From assembly GCA_963753085.1 (NCBI GenBank), contig CAVWBF010000027.1, positions 10,382 through 74,381 of the forward strand: a DNA stretch of 64,000 bases, read 5' to 3'. Positions 26,011 through 35,137 of this stretch are shown here, piece after piece. Within the stretch, counting starts at the first letter, position 1. Each line of letters starts with the position of its first letter. Below the pieces are notes generated by a model. It saw nothing but the letters and a program-made list of their open reading frames with translations, was not told the origin of the DNA and did no database searches. Made by a program: the position numbers and the translations under genes. This DNA comes from an uncultured Spirochaetota bacterium. Its GTDB lineage: Bacteria; Spirochaetota; Spirochaetia; SZUA-6; Fen-1364.

Positions 26011-27431
26011 CCAGGGAGGTGAGCCGCTGCGGCTGGGCGTCCGGCGAAGAGGCGCTCATCCTCTACCACGACCGCGAGTGGGGAGTGCCCGTGCACGACG
26101 AGCATCGGCATTTCGAGTTTCTCATCCTTGAAGGAGCGCAGGCCGGCCTTTCCTGGCTCACGGTGCTTCGAAAAAGGGACGCGTATCGCCGAGCCTACCG
26201 CGGGTTCGATCCGGCCCGGGTTGCGCGGTTCGGGAAGCGGGACATCGAAAGGCTGATGGGGGATCCCGGGATCGTGCGCAACCGGGCCAAGATCGAGTCT
26301 TCGATCAACAATGCCAAGAGGTTCCTCGAGATCCAGAAAGAGTTTGGCAGCTTCGACGCGTACATCTGGAAATGGACGCACGGGAGGCCGCAGGTGAACC
26401 GCTGGCGCGCAATCCGCGAGGTCCCGCCCACGAGCGAGCTCTCCGACGAGGTGTCGAAGGACTTGAAGGCGCGCGGGTTCAGCTTTGTCGGCTCGACCAT
26501 CATCTACTCCCACCTGCAGGCGGTCGGTGTGATCAACGATCACCTCGCGAGCTGCTTCCGTTGGGCCGGGCTTGCCGCGCGCAACCGGGGCGCCGCCGGC
26601 CGCGCGCGGGCCGGCCCCGCGCGGGCCTGCCACACGTGGGCCGCCGAGAGGGCTGAGCGCAGCGAAGGATCCTGTTGCAGCGTCGTTGCAGAATGCACCC
26701 GTTTGCTCTACATTCGGGGTGTGAACGAGCTCGTCGCTGTCATCGAAGATGAAGACGATATTCGCGACCTGGTTGCGGCGGCGCTGAAGAAGGAGCGGTT
26801 TCGCGTCCGGGAGCATCCCGACGGACATGGGTTCCTTGCGTCCCTGGCCGCCGAAAGGCCGGGCCTCATTATCCTGGACCTCATGCTTCCGGACATGGAC
26901 GGGTTCGAGATCTGCCGCAGGATCCGCGCCGACCGGGACCTCTCCTCCATTCCTGTCATCATCCTGACAGCCCGCTCCGAAGAAGCGGACCGGATCCTCG
27001 GCCTCGAGCTCGGCGCGGATGACTACGTCGTAAAGCCCTTCTCCCCCAAGGAGCTTGCGGCGCGCGTGAAGGCCGTCCTCCGCCGCGCCGCCCCCGAGAC
27101 CGCGCGGGCGCGCATCGATGCGGGAGAAGGCCTCATCATCGACACGGATACCCTGGAGGCGTTCGCCGACGGGCATCGCCTGGAGCTGACGCAGGCGGAG
27201 TTTCGTATCCTCCAGCTCCTGGCCAGCCGCGTCGGATGGGTTTTCTCCCGGGAAAAGATCCTGGACTATCTCTGGGGCAACGAGAAGAACGTCACCGACA
27301 GGTCGGTGGACGTGCACGTGAAGCACCTGCGGGACAAGCTCGGAGCACAGGGAGCCCGGATCCTCAACGTCCGGGGAGTCGGCTACAAGCTCATCTCATC
27401 CACTCGCGCGGTCCCCACGGAGGGGCGGTGA
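25995..27431 (+). CDS. Continuous ORF: DNA-3-methyladenine glycosylase I (Tag) domain, about 50-aa Ala/Arg/Gly linker, then an OmpR/PhoB-type response regulator
   Basis: The Tag signature (YHDREWGVPVHD ... VINDH) is followed with no stop codon by a receiver domain and a winged-helix domain in the same frame. Confidence 0.6.
   Translation: MGNPMTREVSRCGWASGEEALILYHDREWGVPVHDEHRHFEFLILEGAQAGLSWLTVLRKRDAYRRAYRGFDPARVARFGKRDIERLMGDPGIVRNRAKIESSINNAKRFLEIQKEFGSFDAYIWKWTHGRPQVNRWRAIREVPPTSELSDEVSKDLKARGFSFVGSTIIYSHLQAVGVINDHLASCFRWAGLAARNRGAAGRARAGPARACHTWAAERAERSEGSCCSVVAECTRLLYIRGVNELVAVIEDEDDIRDLVAAALKKERFRVREHPDGHGFLASLAAERPGLIILDLMLPDMDGFEICRRIRADRDLSSIPVIILTARSEEADRILGLELGADDYVVKPFSPKELAARVKAVLRRAAPETARARIDAGEGLIIDTDTLEAFADGHRLELTQAEFRILQLLASRVGWVFSREKILDYLWGNEKNVTDRSVDVHVKHLRDKLGAQGARILNVRGVGYKLISSTRAVPTEGR
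26721..27431 (+). CDS. phoB: OmpR/PhoB-family response regulator (possible independent GTG start inside the long ORF)
   Basis: VNELVAVIEDEDD...LDLMLPDMDG...VVKPF receiver, and a C-terminal winged helix (LTQAEFRILQLL...VDVHVKHLRDKL...VRGVGYKL). GTGA overlap with the kinase gene. Confidence 0.75.
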   Translation: MNELVAVIEDEDDIRDLVAAALKKERFRVREHPDGHGFLASLAAERPGLIILDLMLPDMDGFEICRRIRADRDLSSIPVIILTARSEEADRILGLELGADDYVVKPFSPKELAARVKAVLRRAAPETARARIDAGEGLIIDTDTLEAFADGHRLELTQAEFRILQLLASRVGWVFSREKILDYLWGNEKNVTDRSVDVHVKHLRDKLGAQGARILNVRGVGYKLISSTRAVPTEGR

Positions 27432-29182
27432 AGCGCCTCATCCTCAGCAGGGCCTTCGGCGGGTTCGCCTTCCTGTGCGTCTTTGCGCTCCTGGCATTCT
27501 TCATTTACACGCTCACCGTGGTGCGGGGAATGGCGTTCGACTCGGTGGTCCATGGCATGGAGCAGGCAGCACTCACCGCACGGGGAGCCGCGGCGCCGCT
27601 CATGGCAAAGGGCAGGAGCGTTGAGCTGGACTCTCTCACGCACCGCATGGCAGCCGAAGGGCACGATCGGATCACCCTGATCGATGCTCGCGGCGTCGTC
27701 CTTGCGGATTCAGAGGAAGACGCGACGAAGATGGAAAACCACTCCCTGCGCCCCGAAGTTGCCGCCGCAATGCTCGGGGAAACGGGGGTTTCATCCCGGC
27801 TTTCCAGCACGGTGCGGCGCTGGACGGTGTATGTCGCGGTTCCCGTCTTCGTGAACGGGAGCGTTCACGGCGTGGTCCGCGCAGGCAGCCCCCGGGCGGA
27901 TCTGGATGCCGCCTACCCCCGCGAGACGACGAACCTCCTTCTCTTCATGGGTCCCCTCCTTGTCGTCTGTCTCCTCTTTGCGCTGGCGTTCACCCGTTCC
28001 ATTCTCTCCCCGCTTCGCGACCTCGCGGGCGCCGTGGGCAGGTTTGCCTCGGGGGACTTCGGGGCACGGCTGCACCTGCGACGGCGGGACGAGATCCGCG
28101 AGCTCGCCGAGGCGTTCAACGGGATGGGAGAACGCGTCCAGCATTTCTTTGAGGACAGCGCGCGGCGCGCGCAGGAGCTGGATGGGATCTTCTCATCCGT
28201 GCAGCAGGGGATCATCCTCCTGGACAGGAGCGGGCGGATCGTCCGCTGCAACAGGGGCTTCGAGGACCTTGCCGGCAGCCGGGGAGTGGAGGGGAAGACC
28301 TTGTGGGAGCTCGTGCGCGCGCCGCGGCTCATCGAGCTGATCCAGGAGGCGAGGTCCACCGGGGAGCGGCGGTCCGAGGAGGTGGCCTGCGGGGAAAAGT
28401 GGCTCCTCTGCACGGTGCAACAGATGCCGGGCAGGGAGGAGCTGATTGTCGTGCTCCATGACACCACGGAGATCCGCCGCCTGGAGACGGTGAAGCGGGA
28501 CTTCGTGGTCAACGCCTCCCACGAGCTGCGCACGCCGCTCACCTCCATCCGCGGTTCCCTGGAAATGCTGGAAGGGCGGCTCTCCGGGGACTCCCAGCGC
28601 TGGATGGACGCCATCCGCCGCAACGCGGAGCGGATGTCAGCCATCGTGGAGGACCTCCTCCTTCTCTCGCGCCTCGAGGCGCGGGGAGTCGAGCGCACGC
28701 CCGAGCCTGCCGACCTGCGGAGGATCATCACGGATGTCACGGGGATGTTTGCACACCGCGCGCAGGCGAAAGGACTTGCCCTGAATGTCTCCGTTCCCGA
28801 CCCCCTGCCCTCCATTCCGGCTGACGCGTTTCTCGTGGAGCAGATGCTGGTCAACCTGCTCGACAACGCCCTGAAATACACGGAGACGGGCGAGGTCAGG
28901 GTCACCGTGGAGCAGGAGGGAAGCCGGTGGATGAGGATCGAGGTTTCGGACACCGGCATCGGGATCTCGGAGGAGCATATCCCCCGCCTCTTCGAGAGGT
29001 TCTACGTCGTGGACAAGTCGCGGTCGCGGAAGCTCGGCGGGACCGGACTGGGGCTCTCCATCGTGAAGCATATCGTCCAGAGCCACGGGGGAACCGTCGG
29101 ACTGGAGAGCAGCGTCGGCCGGGGAACCCGGATCATCGTGCGCCTGCCGGTTTCCGAGGGCCGCGCGGCAGCCCTGAATTAA
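27428..29182 (+). CDS. phoR: Sensor histidine kinase (PhoR-like: TM, HAMP, PAS, HisKA, HATPase)
   Basis: H-box SHELRTPLTSIRG, N-box LLDNALKYT, G-boxes DTGIGI and GGTGLGLSIV. GTG 27428 overlaps the RR stop. Confidence 0.85.
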   Translation: MKRLILSRAFGGFAFLCVFALLAFFIYTLTVVRGMAFDSVVHGMEQAALTARGAAAPLMAKGRSVELDSLTHRMAAEGHDRITLIDARGVVLADSEEDATKMENHSLRPEVAAAMLGETGVSSRLSSTVRRWTVYVAVPVFVNGSVHGVVRAGSPRADLDAAYPRETTNLLLFMGPLLVVCLLFALAFTRSILSPLRDLAGAVGRFASGDFGARLHLRRRDEIRELAEAFNGMGERVQHFFEDSARRAQELDGIFSSVQQGIILLDRSGRIVRCNRGFEDLAGSRGVEGKTLWELVRAPRLIELIQEARSTGERRSEEVACGEKWLLCTVQQMPGREELIVVLHDTTEIRRLETVKRDFVVNASHELRTPLTSIRGSLEMLEGRLSGDSQRWMDAIRRNAERMSAIVEDLLLLSRLEARGVERTPEPADLRRIITDVTGMFAHRAQAKGLALNVSVPDPLPSIPADAFLVEQMLVNLLDNALKYTETGEVRVTVEQEGSRWMRIEVSDTGIGISEEHIPRLFERFYVVDKSRSRKLGGTGLGLSIVKHIVQSHGGTVGLESSVGRGTRIIVRLPVSEGRAAALN

Positions 29183-29217
29183 CGGAAAATTAACACAACC
29201 TTCACCGCTCACTAACA
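29179..29217 (+). promoter_or_regulatory. Pho-box-like array: four direct hexamer repeats at exact 11-bp phasing upstream of pstS
   Basis: TTAACG (29179), TTAACA (29190), TTCACC (29201), CTAACA (29212). The AAGGAGG RBS and GTG 29283 lie downstream. Confidence 0.7.
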
Positions 29218-29282
29218 GCGTCTCCCTCCATTGATACTGCGCACACGCGCTGAAATTACACCATCGCCAAGGAGGAATCGCA

Positions 29283-30333
29283 GTGAGAGTCACCAGGCTA
29301 TTTCTGACCGCGGCGCTCCTGGTCTCCCTCGGGGGGATCGGCTTCGCGCAGTCGTACGAGTTCGTCGGAGCGGGCGCGACGTTCCCCGCGCCGCTGTACT
29401 CCAAGATGTTCGACCAGTACGCCAAGGAGTTCGGCGTGAAGGTCAACTACCAGTCCATTGGTTCGGGCGGCGGGCAGACCCAGCTCAAGAACAGAACCGT
29501 TGATTTTGGCGCCTCGGACGTCATCATGACGGAAAAGGATCTCGCGTCAGCTCCGGCGCCGATTGTGCACATCCCTATGGTCGCCGGTGCAGTGGTCATC
29601 ACCTCCAACCTTTCCGGGCAATCCCGAGCTCAGGTTTACTCCCGATCTCGTGGCTGACATCTACCTCGGCAAGATCAAAAGGTGGAACGATCAGCGGATC
29701 GAGGCGGTGAACCCGGGGGTGAAGCTGCCGGCCATGAACATTACCGTTGTGCACCGCTCAGACGGCAGCGGCACGACCGGCGTGTTCACCGACTACCTCA
29801 GCAAGGTCTCCGACGAGTGGAAGGAGAAAGTCGGCTCGTATACCTCGGTTCAGTGGCCGACCGGCGTGGGAGCCAAAGGGAATGAGGGTGTTTCGGGCCT
29901 GGTGAAACAGCTTCCGGGAGCCGTGGGCTACGTGGAGCTGATCTATGCCCTGCAGAACCACATGCAGTATGCCCTGCTCAAGAACAAGAGCGGCAACTGG
30001 ATTCAGGCCTCCCTTGAAACCACGACGACGGCGGCAAACGTGCCGGTGCCCGAGGACGTGACCAAGCTGAGCACGACCAACACGAACGTGCCCCAGGGGT
30101 ACCCCATCGCCAGCTTCACCTGGCTGATCCTTTACAAGGAACAGAATTATGGCAATCATGACAAGGCAAAATGCGAGGCTCTCCTGAAGATGATCTGGTG
30201 GATGACGCACGACGGGCAGAAGTATGCAGAGCCCCTGTCGTATGCGACTCTGCCGGCGCCCGTTGTCAAGAAGGCGGAGGACATCCTCAAGTCAATCACC
30301 TGGGATGGCCAGCCGCTCCTGAGCGGAATGTAA
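29283..30333 (+). pseudogene. pstS: Phosphate-binding protein PstS, interrupted by a 1-nt frameshift (or sequencing indel)
   Basis: ORFs 29283-29657 and 29563-30333 together form a complete PstS (signal peptide, GAGATFPAPLY, SIGSGGG, HRSDGSGTT). Removing one T from the run at 29611-29613 restores ...ITSNLPGNPELRFTPDLVADIYLGKIKRWND. Confidence 0.85.
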
Positions 30334-30357
30334 GGACCTCGACGACCGAGAGCTTGG

Positions 30358-31248
30358 GTGGGAAGGATGACGACCGCGCGGGCTTCTGATTCGGCGTTCC
30401 GAACGACGCTCTTTGTCGGGGGGATCGTGGTGAGCACCCTGCTTGTCGCGATTTTCCTCACTCTTGTGCTCTCCTCCCGCCCTGCTCTCGTCGCAAACGG
30501 GTTTCAGTTTCTGACAGGTTCCGAATGGGATCCTGTCACAAACAGCTTCCACGCCGTGCCCTTCATCGCGGGCACCCTGCTCACCTCTTTTATTGCGCTG
30601 GTGCTGGCGACGGTGCTGGCGCTGGCACTTGCCATCCTGCTGGGAGAGTATTTTCGCACCGGTGTTTTTGCCTCTCTCATGAGGACCGCGGTCGAGCTCC
30701 TGGCCGGGATCCCCTCCATCGTATATGGCTTCATCGGACTCTTCTTTCTCGTTCCGGTTATCAGGGTCCTCCAGCAGCTCATTGGGGTGCCTCCCTTCGG
30801 CGTGGGCATCCTTACCGCTGCGATCCTCCTGGCGTTCATGGTACTCCCGTATTCGGCCTCGCTCAGCCGTGAAGTGATCAGCCTCGTCCCTGCCGACCTG
30901 AAAGAAGCGGCTTTGTCCCTGGGGGCGACTCCCTCCGAGACGATCTGGAAGGTGTCGCTTCCCTACGCCCGCTCGGGAATCGTCGGCGGAGTCTTTCTGT
31001 CGCTGGGCCGGGCGCTCGGGGAAACGATGGCTGTCACCATGGTGATCGGAAACTCAAATGCGCTCACCGCCAACGTCCTGTCTCCCGGCAATACGATGGC
31101 GAGCGTCATTGCGAACGAGTTTACCGAGGCCACCGGCAACGTCTACCTCGCAAGCCTCATCGAGATCGGGCTCCTCCTCTTCGTGATCAGCACGGCGATC
31201 AATATCCTCGGGAAGCTCGTCATCAACCGCATGGTAGAGGCCCGCTGA
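30358..31248 (+). CDS. pstC: Phosphate ABC transporter permease PstC
   Basis: 6-TM permease in the canonical pstSCAB order. PstC-like sequence throughout. Confidence 0.9.
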   Translation: MGRMTTARASDSAFRTTLFVGGIVVSTLLVAIFLTLVLSSRPALVANGFQFLTGSEWDPVTNSFHAVPFIAGTLLTSFIALVLATVLALALAILLGEYFRTGVFASLMRTAVELLAGIPSIVYGFIGLFFLVPVIRVLQQLIGVPPFGVGILTAAILLAFMVLPYSASLSREVISLVPADLKEAALSLGATPSETIWKVSLPYARSGIVGGVFLSLGRALGETMAVTMVIGNSNALTANVLSPGNTMASVIANEFTEATGNVYLASLIEIGLLLFVISTAINILGKLVINRMVEAR

Positions 31249-31249
31249 C

Positions 31250-32176
31250 GTGGCTGAAAACATCGCTCGAATGACACGCGGCGGCGGTGTGACTTCCTCC
31301 CAGGAAAGACTCGCATCCGGCTCGCGCGGAGAGGACGCGGGGGTCCGCGGCCGGCTTCGCGCGGACACAGCCTTTCGGGCCGGGGTCCTCGCATTGTCTC
31401 TCCTCGCCGTTCTTCCCCTTGTGCTCATTCTCATTTTCATCATCGTTCGGGGTGCCTCCTCGATCAACTGGCAGTTCCTGACGGAGCTTCCGAAGCCCAT
31501 GGGGGAGACGGGAGGCGGGATTGCGAATGGGATTGTCGGAACACTCATCCTGATCGTCATAGCTTCCGTGATTTCGATTCCGTTGGGGATCTTTGCCGGC
31601 ATTTTCCTTTCAGAAAGCGGGAAAAGCGAGCTGGGGAAAGTGACGCGCTTGTCGCTGGAAACGCTCATGGGCATCCCCTCGATCGTCATTGGAATTGTCG
31701 CCTATGTCTGGGTGGTTCGGCCCATGGGTCATTTCTCTGCCCTCTCTGGCGGAGTGGCGCTTGCCATGATCATGCTCCCCGTCATCACGCTCTCCACCGC
31801 GGAGACGCTCATGCTGATTCCCGTGAGTCTCCGTGAGGCCGCCCTTGCCATCGGCGTCTCGTACCCGCGGACGGTCCTCAAGGTGATCCTCCCCGCCGGC
31901 GCGAGCGGAATCATCACTGGAGTTCTTCTGGGCGTCGCCCGCGCCGCCGGAGAGACGGCCCCCCTTCTCTTCACTTCGTTCGGAAGCCCGTACATGGTTC
32001 TCGGCATCTTCAAACCCATGGCCTCGTTGCCCCAGACGATTTTCTATTACGCGATAAGCCCGTACCCCGAATGGCAGTCCCTCGCCTGGGGCGCTTCCTT
32101 TGTTCTCCTTGTTGTTGTGCTCGCGCTGAATCTCGTGACACGGCTGGTAACATCGAGATGGAAGATCCAGTTCTGA
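31250..32176 (+). CDS. pstA: Phosphate ABC transporter permease PstA
   Basis: GTG start 2 nt after the pstC stop. PstA-like permease with an EAA-type loop (AALAIGVSYPRTVLKVILP). Confidence 0.9.
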   Translation: MAENIARMTRGGGVTSSQERLASGSRGEDAGVRGRLRADTAFRAGVLALSLLAVLPLVLILIFIIVRGASSINWQFLTELPKPMGETGGGIANGIVGTLILIVIASVISIPLGIFAGIFLSESGKSELGKVTRLSLETLMGIPSIVIGIVAYVWVVRPMGHFSALSGGVALAMIMLPVITLSTAETLMLIPVSLREAALAIGVSYPRTVLKVILPAGASGIITGVLLGVARAAGETAPLLFTSFGSPYMVLGIFKPMASLPQTIFYYAISPYPEWQSLAWGASFVLLVVVLALNLVTRLVTSRWKIQF

Positions 32177-32937
32177 CCGCGGAAAAGATAATCCTTGAGA
32201 CGCGGGGCCTCACGGCCGGGTTCGACGGGACCGATGTCGTGAAGGGCATTTCGCTTGCCGTGCCCGAGCATCGCGTCACGGCGATCATGGGTCCGTCCGG
32301 CTGCGGCAAGACCACCTTCATGCGATGCATCAACCGTATGCACGAGCTGGCTCCCAACGCTGCCGTGCGCGGGAGCGTGCTCCTGGACGGGGACGACGTC
32401 TACCGCCTCAACCCCATCCTCCTGCGCCGCCGCATCGGGATGGTGTTCCAGCGGCCCAACCCGTTCCCGACAATGAGCATTTACGACAACGTCATCGCGG
32501 GCTACACTCTCAACGGCGCCCGCATGGACAGAACGGACCGTGACCGCATTGTGGAGGAGACGCTCCGCATCGTCACGCTGTGGGACGAAGTGAAGGATTC
32601 CCTCTATCGGCGTGGGACTTTCCTCTCCGGCGGCCAACAACAGAGACTCTGCATTGCCCGCGCCTTGGCCATGAAGCCCGAGGTGCTTCTCCTGGACGAA
32701 CCGACCTCCGCCCTGGACCCGAAGGCCACGGCTGCCATCGAGGAGCTGATCGTCTCTCTCAAGGGAACGGTCACCATCGTCCAGGTCACGCACAACATTC
32801 CCCAGGCGGCTCGTATTTCCGACTACACGGCGTTCATTCACATGGGAGAGCTCGTGGAGTTCGGGCCGACAAACAAGTTGTTCACGGTTCCGAAGGACAA
32901 GCGGACGGAGGAATACCTCTCCGGGAAGTTCGGATAG
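32158..32937 (+). CDS. pstB: Phosphate ABC transporter ATP-binding protein PstB
   Basis: Walker A GPSGCGKTT, signature LSGGQQQRL, Walker B LLLDEPTSALD. ATG 32158 overlaps the pstA end. Confidence 0.95.
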   Translation: MEDPVLTAEKIILETRGLTAGFDGTDVVKGISLAVPEHRVTAIMGPSGCGKTTFMRCINRMHELAPNAAVRGSVLLDGDDVYRLNPILLRRRIGMVFQRPNPFPTMSIYDNVIAGYTLNGARMDRTDRDRIVEETLRIVTLWDEVKDSLYRRGTFLSGGQQQRLCIARALAMKPEVLLLDEPTSALDPKATAAIEELIVSLKGTVTIVQVTHNIPQAARISDYTAFIHMGELVEFGPTNKLFTVPKDKRTEEYLSGKFG

Positions 32938-32945
32938 GAGTCACC

Positions 32946-33605
32946 ATGCCGATAGCGCAGATCGACGATCTCAAGGCGCGCGTCGTGGCGTACGCCCGCC
33001 TTGTCGAAGACATGATCGAGCAGTGCCGCTCCTCCCTGCAGAAGCGCACGACGGAGGATCTGGACGAGGTCGTGGAGAAGCAGGAGACGCGGGCCAACGA
33101 GTTCGAGATGGAGCTGGAGGAGGAATGCACCTCCCTCATCGCCCAGCACCAGCCCATGGCAAAAGAGCTGCGCACCATCCTCATGGTCCGCAGCATGACC
33201 AACGACCTGGAGCGCATGGCGGACCACGCGGTGAACATCGCGGAGGCAGCGCTCGAGTGCATCGGGCTTTCCACGGCGCAGCCCGACGAGGATCTCCTGC
33301 GGCTCTTCGGGGACACCATCGGGATGGTGGATAGCGCGGTGCGGAGCTTCATCGAGGCCAACGCGGCGCTGGGCAGGGAGGTGTGCGAGGCTGATGCCAC
33401 GGTGGACCAGCTTGCCTCCGAGATCCTGGAGCGCGTCAGCGTTTCCATGACCCGGGATCCCTTTACGATCGAGCAGAGCCTCTGCGTCCTGAAGATTGCC
33501 GGCAACTTGGAGCGGATTGCCGATCTTTCCACCAACATCGGGGAAGACGTGATCTACATGACCGAAGGCAGAGTGATCAAGCATAACCGGGTCGAGGAAA
33601 GGTAA
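32946..33605 (+). CDS. phoU: Phosphate signalling complex protein PhoU
   Basis: Two PhoU repeats (DLERMADHAVNIAE; NLERIADLSTNIGE). ATG 32946. Confidence 0.9.
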   Translation: MPIAQIDDLKARVVAYARLVEDMIEQCRSSLQKRTTEDLDEVVEKQETRANEFEMELEEECTSLIAQHQPMAKELRTILMVRSMTNDLERMADHAVNIAEAALECIGLSTAQPDEDLLRLFGDTIGMVDSAVRSFIEANAALGREVCEADATVDQLASEILERVSVSMTRDPFTIEQSLCVLKIAGNLERIADLSTNIGEDVIYMTEGRVIKHNRVEER

Positions 33606-33610
33606 ACACC

Positions 33611-35137
33611 GTGTCCCACCGGATCGCTTCCATCGACGTGGGCACGAATGCGATCCGCTTTTTTGCAGTCGAGATGGAGGGAGACTCGGTTTCGCGTGTC
33701 CTCAGCGAGGCGCGGTTTCCCGTACGCTTCGGCCACGGAGTCTTCTCCGCCGGGCGCATCAGCGCGGATGCTTCCGCCCAGGCCCTCGATGGCCTGGAAC
33801 GCGCGGCCGTCCAGATGAAGGAGCTGGGGATCCAGAAGTACCGGGCCGTGGCCACGAGCGCGGTCCGTGAGAGCCCCAACAGGCGGGAGCTCGTGCGCGC
33901 GGTGAAGCGGCGCACGGGGATCTCCCTCGAGGTGATCTCAGGGTCCGAGGAGATACGCCTTGTCCAGGTGGCCGTCACCCGCCGTCTCCTCCTGGGCACG
34001 GACCAGTGGATCCTCGTTGAGCTGGGCGGGGGGAGCGTGGAAGTGGCCCTGGTCACCTCTGCCCGCATCCTCTGGAGCGAGACGCACGCCATGGGCGCGG
34101 TGCGGCTCCTGGAGCTGTTTGCCCCTGGCGGAAAAGAGACCCCGGATTTCCTCGAGCTCCTGAGCGAGTACTCGGCAACCATCCGCCTGTCTCCAAGGGT
34201 CCGCGAGGCGAAGGCCTGCGGGTTCATCGGAACGGGTGGAAACATCGAGGTCCTGGCCAGGATAGCCAACGGCGCGGCGGAAGAGGGAGACGTCAGAAAG
34301 CTCCCGGTCAAGGGCCTGCGCGCGGCCATGGAAAAGCTTTCCCGCATGACCATGCAGGAGCGCATGAGCGCATACGATCTGCGCCCGGACCGGGCGGACG
34401 TGATTGTCCCTGCGGCCGTCGTTTACTCACAGCTCGCCGAGCTTCTCGGGGTCTCCGAGATTGTCGTCCCCGGCGGCGGGATCCGGGAGGGCATCATCTT
34501 CGACCTCGCCGACAAGCTGGCCGTTCGGCGCCCGGCGAGCGATGAAAGCACAATCGAGGATGCCGTAGCCCTGGGCAGGAAATACTCCTTTGACGAAGCG
34601 CACTCCGTGCATGTTGCCCGGCTTGCCGGCCAGCTCTTCGATCAGCTTTCCGCTGTTCATGGCCTCGGGAGTCGCGACAAGCGTCTCCTCATGGTCGCGG
34701 CAGTCCTCCACGATATCGGGGATTTCGTCAGCCTGAAGGGCCACCACAAGCATTCCCTGTACCTGATCTCGCGCGCCGAGATCTCAGGCTTTTCGCAGAG
34801 CGAGATGTTTCTCATTGCCAACATCGCGCGCTATCACAGGAAGAGCGCCCCGAGCGTGCGCCATGGCGAGTTCGCCCTCCTGTCCAGCGCGGACCGCGAG
34901 CGCGTGCGCCGGCTTGCGGCTATCCTGCGGATCGCCGACGCCCTGGACAAGGAGCACCGGGAGAAGATCCAGAAGATCGAGGTCAGGCGCAAGGAAGATC
35001 TCATCGAGATCGCCGCGGGGCGCAACGGCGACCTGCTCCTGGAGCGCTGGGCCCTCGAGAAGAAAGCCGACATGTTCAGGAGAGTCTTCGGAGCCCGGGT
35101 GGTCCTTGTGTCCCGGGAAGGCGGCCCGAGTGCCTGA
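33611..35137 (+). CDS. ppx: Exopolyphosphatase (Ppx/GppA) with C-terminal HD domain
   Basis: ASIDVGTNAIRFF actin-like ATPase N-terminus. HD region LHDIGDFVSLKGHHKHS. Confidence 0.9.
   Translation: MSHRIASIDVGTNAIRFFAVEMEGDSVSRVLSEARFPVRFGHGVFSAGRISADASAQALDGLERAAVQMKELGIQKYRAVATSAVRESPNRRELVRAVKRRTGISLEVISGSEEIRLVQVAVTRRLLLGTDQWILVELGGGSVEVALVTSARILWSETHAMGAVRLLELFAPGGKETPDFLELLSEYSATIRLSPRVREAKACGFIGTGGNIEVLARIANGAAEEGDVRKLPVKGLRAAMEKLSRMTMQERMSAYDLRPDRADVIVPAAVVYSQLAELLGVSEIVVPGGGIREGIIFDLADKLAVRRPASDESTIEDAVALGRKYSFDEAHSVHVARLAGQLFDQLSAVHGLGSRDKRLLMVAAVLHDIGDFVSLKGHHKHSLYLISRAEISGFSQSEMFLIANIARYHRKSAPSVRHGEFALLSSADRERVRRLAAILRIADALDKEHREKIQKIEVRRKEDLIEIAAGRNGDLLLERWALEKKADMFRRVFGARVVLVSREGGPSA

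Noticed and set aside
26686-26714. Sigma-70-like hexamers TTGCAG-17 nt-TACATT inside the Tag-RR linker, as an internal promoter for the RR
   Set aside because: The -10 ends only 6 nt before GTG 26721, so it would give an essentially leaderless mRNA. The match is also modest. This is noted as a possibility but not called as a feature.
25824-27326. 500-aa minus-strand ORF
   Set aside because: Antisense to the nudC end, the Tag domain and the response regulator. No motifs, and the composition is typical of a spurious GC-rich frame.
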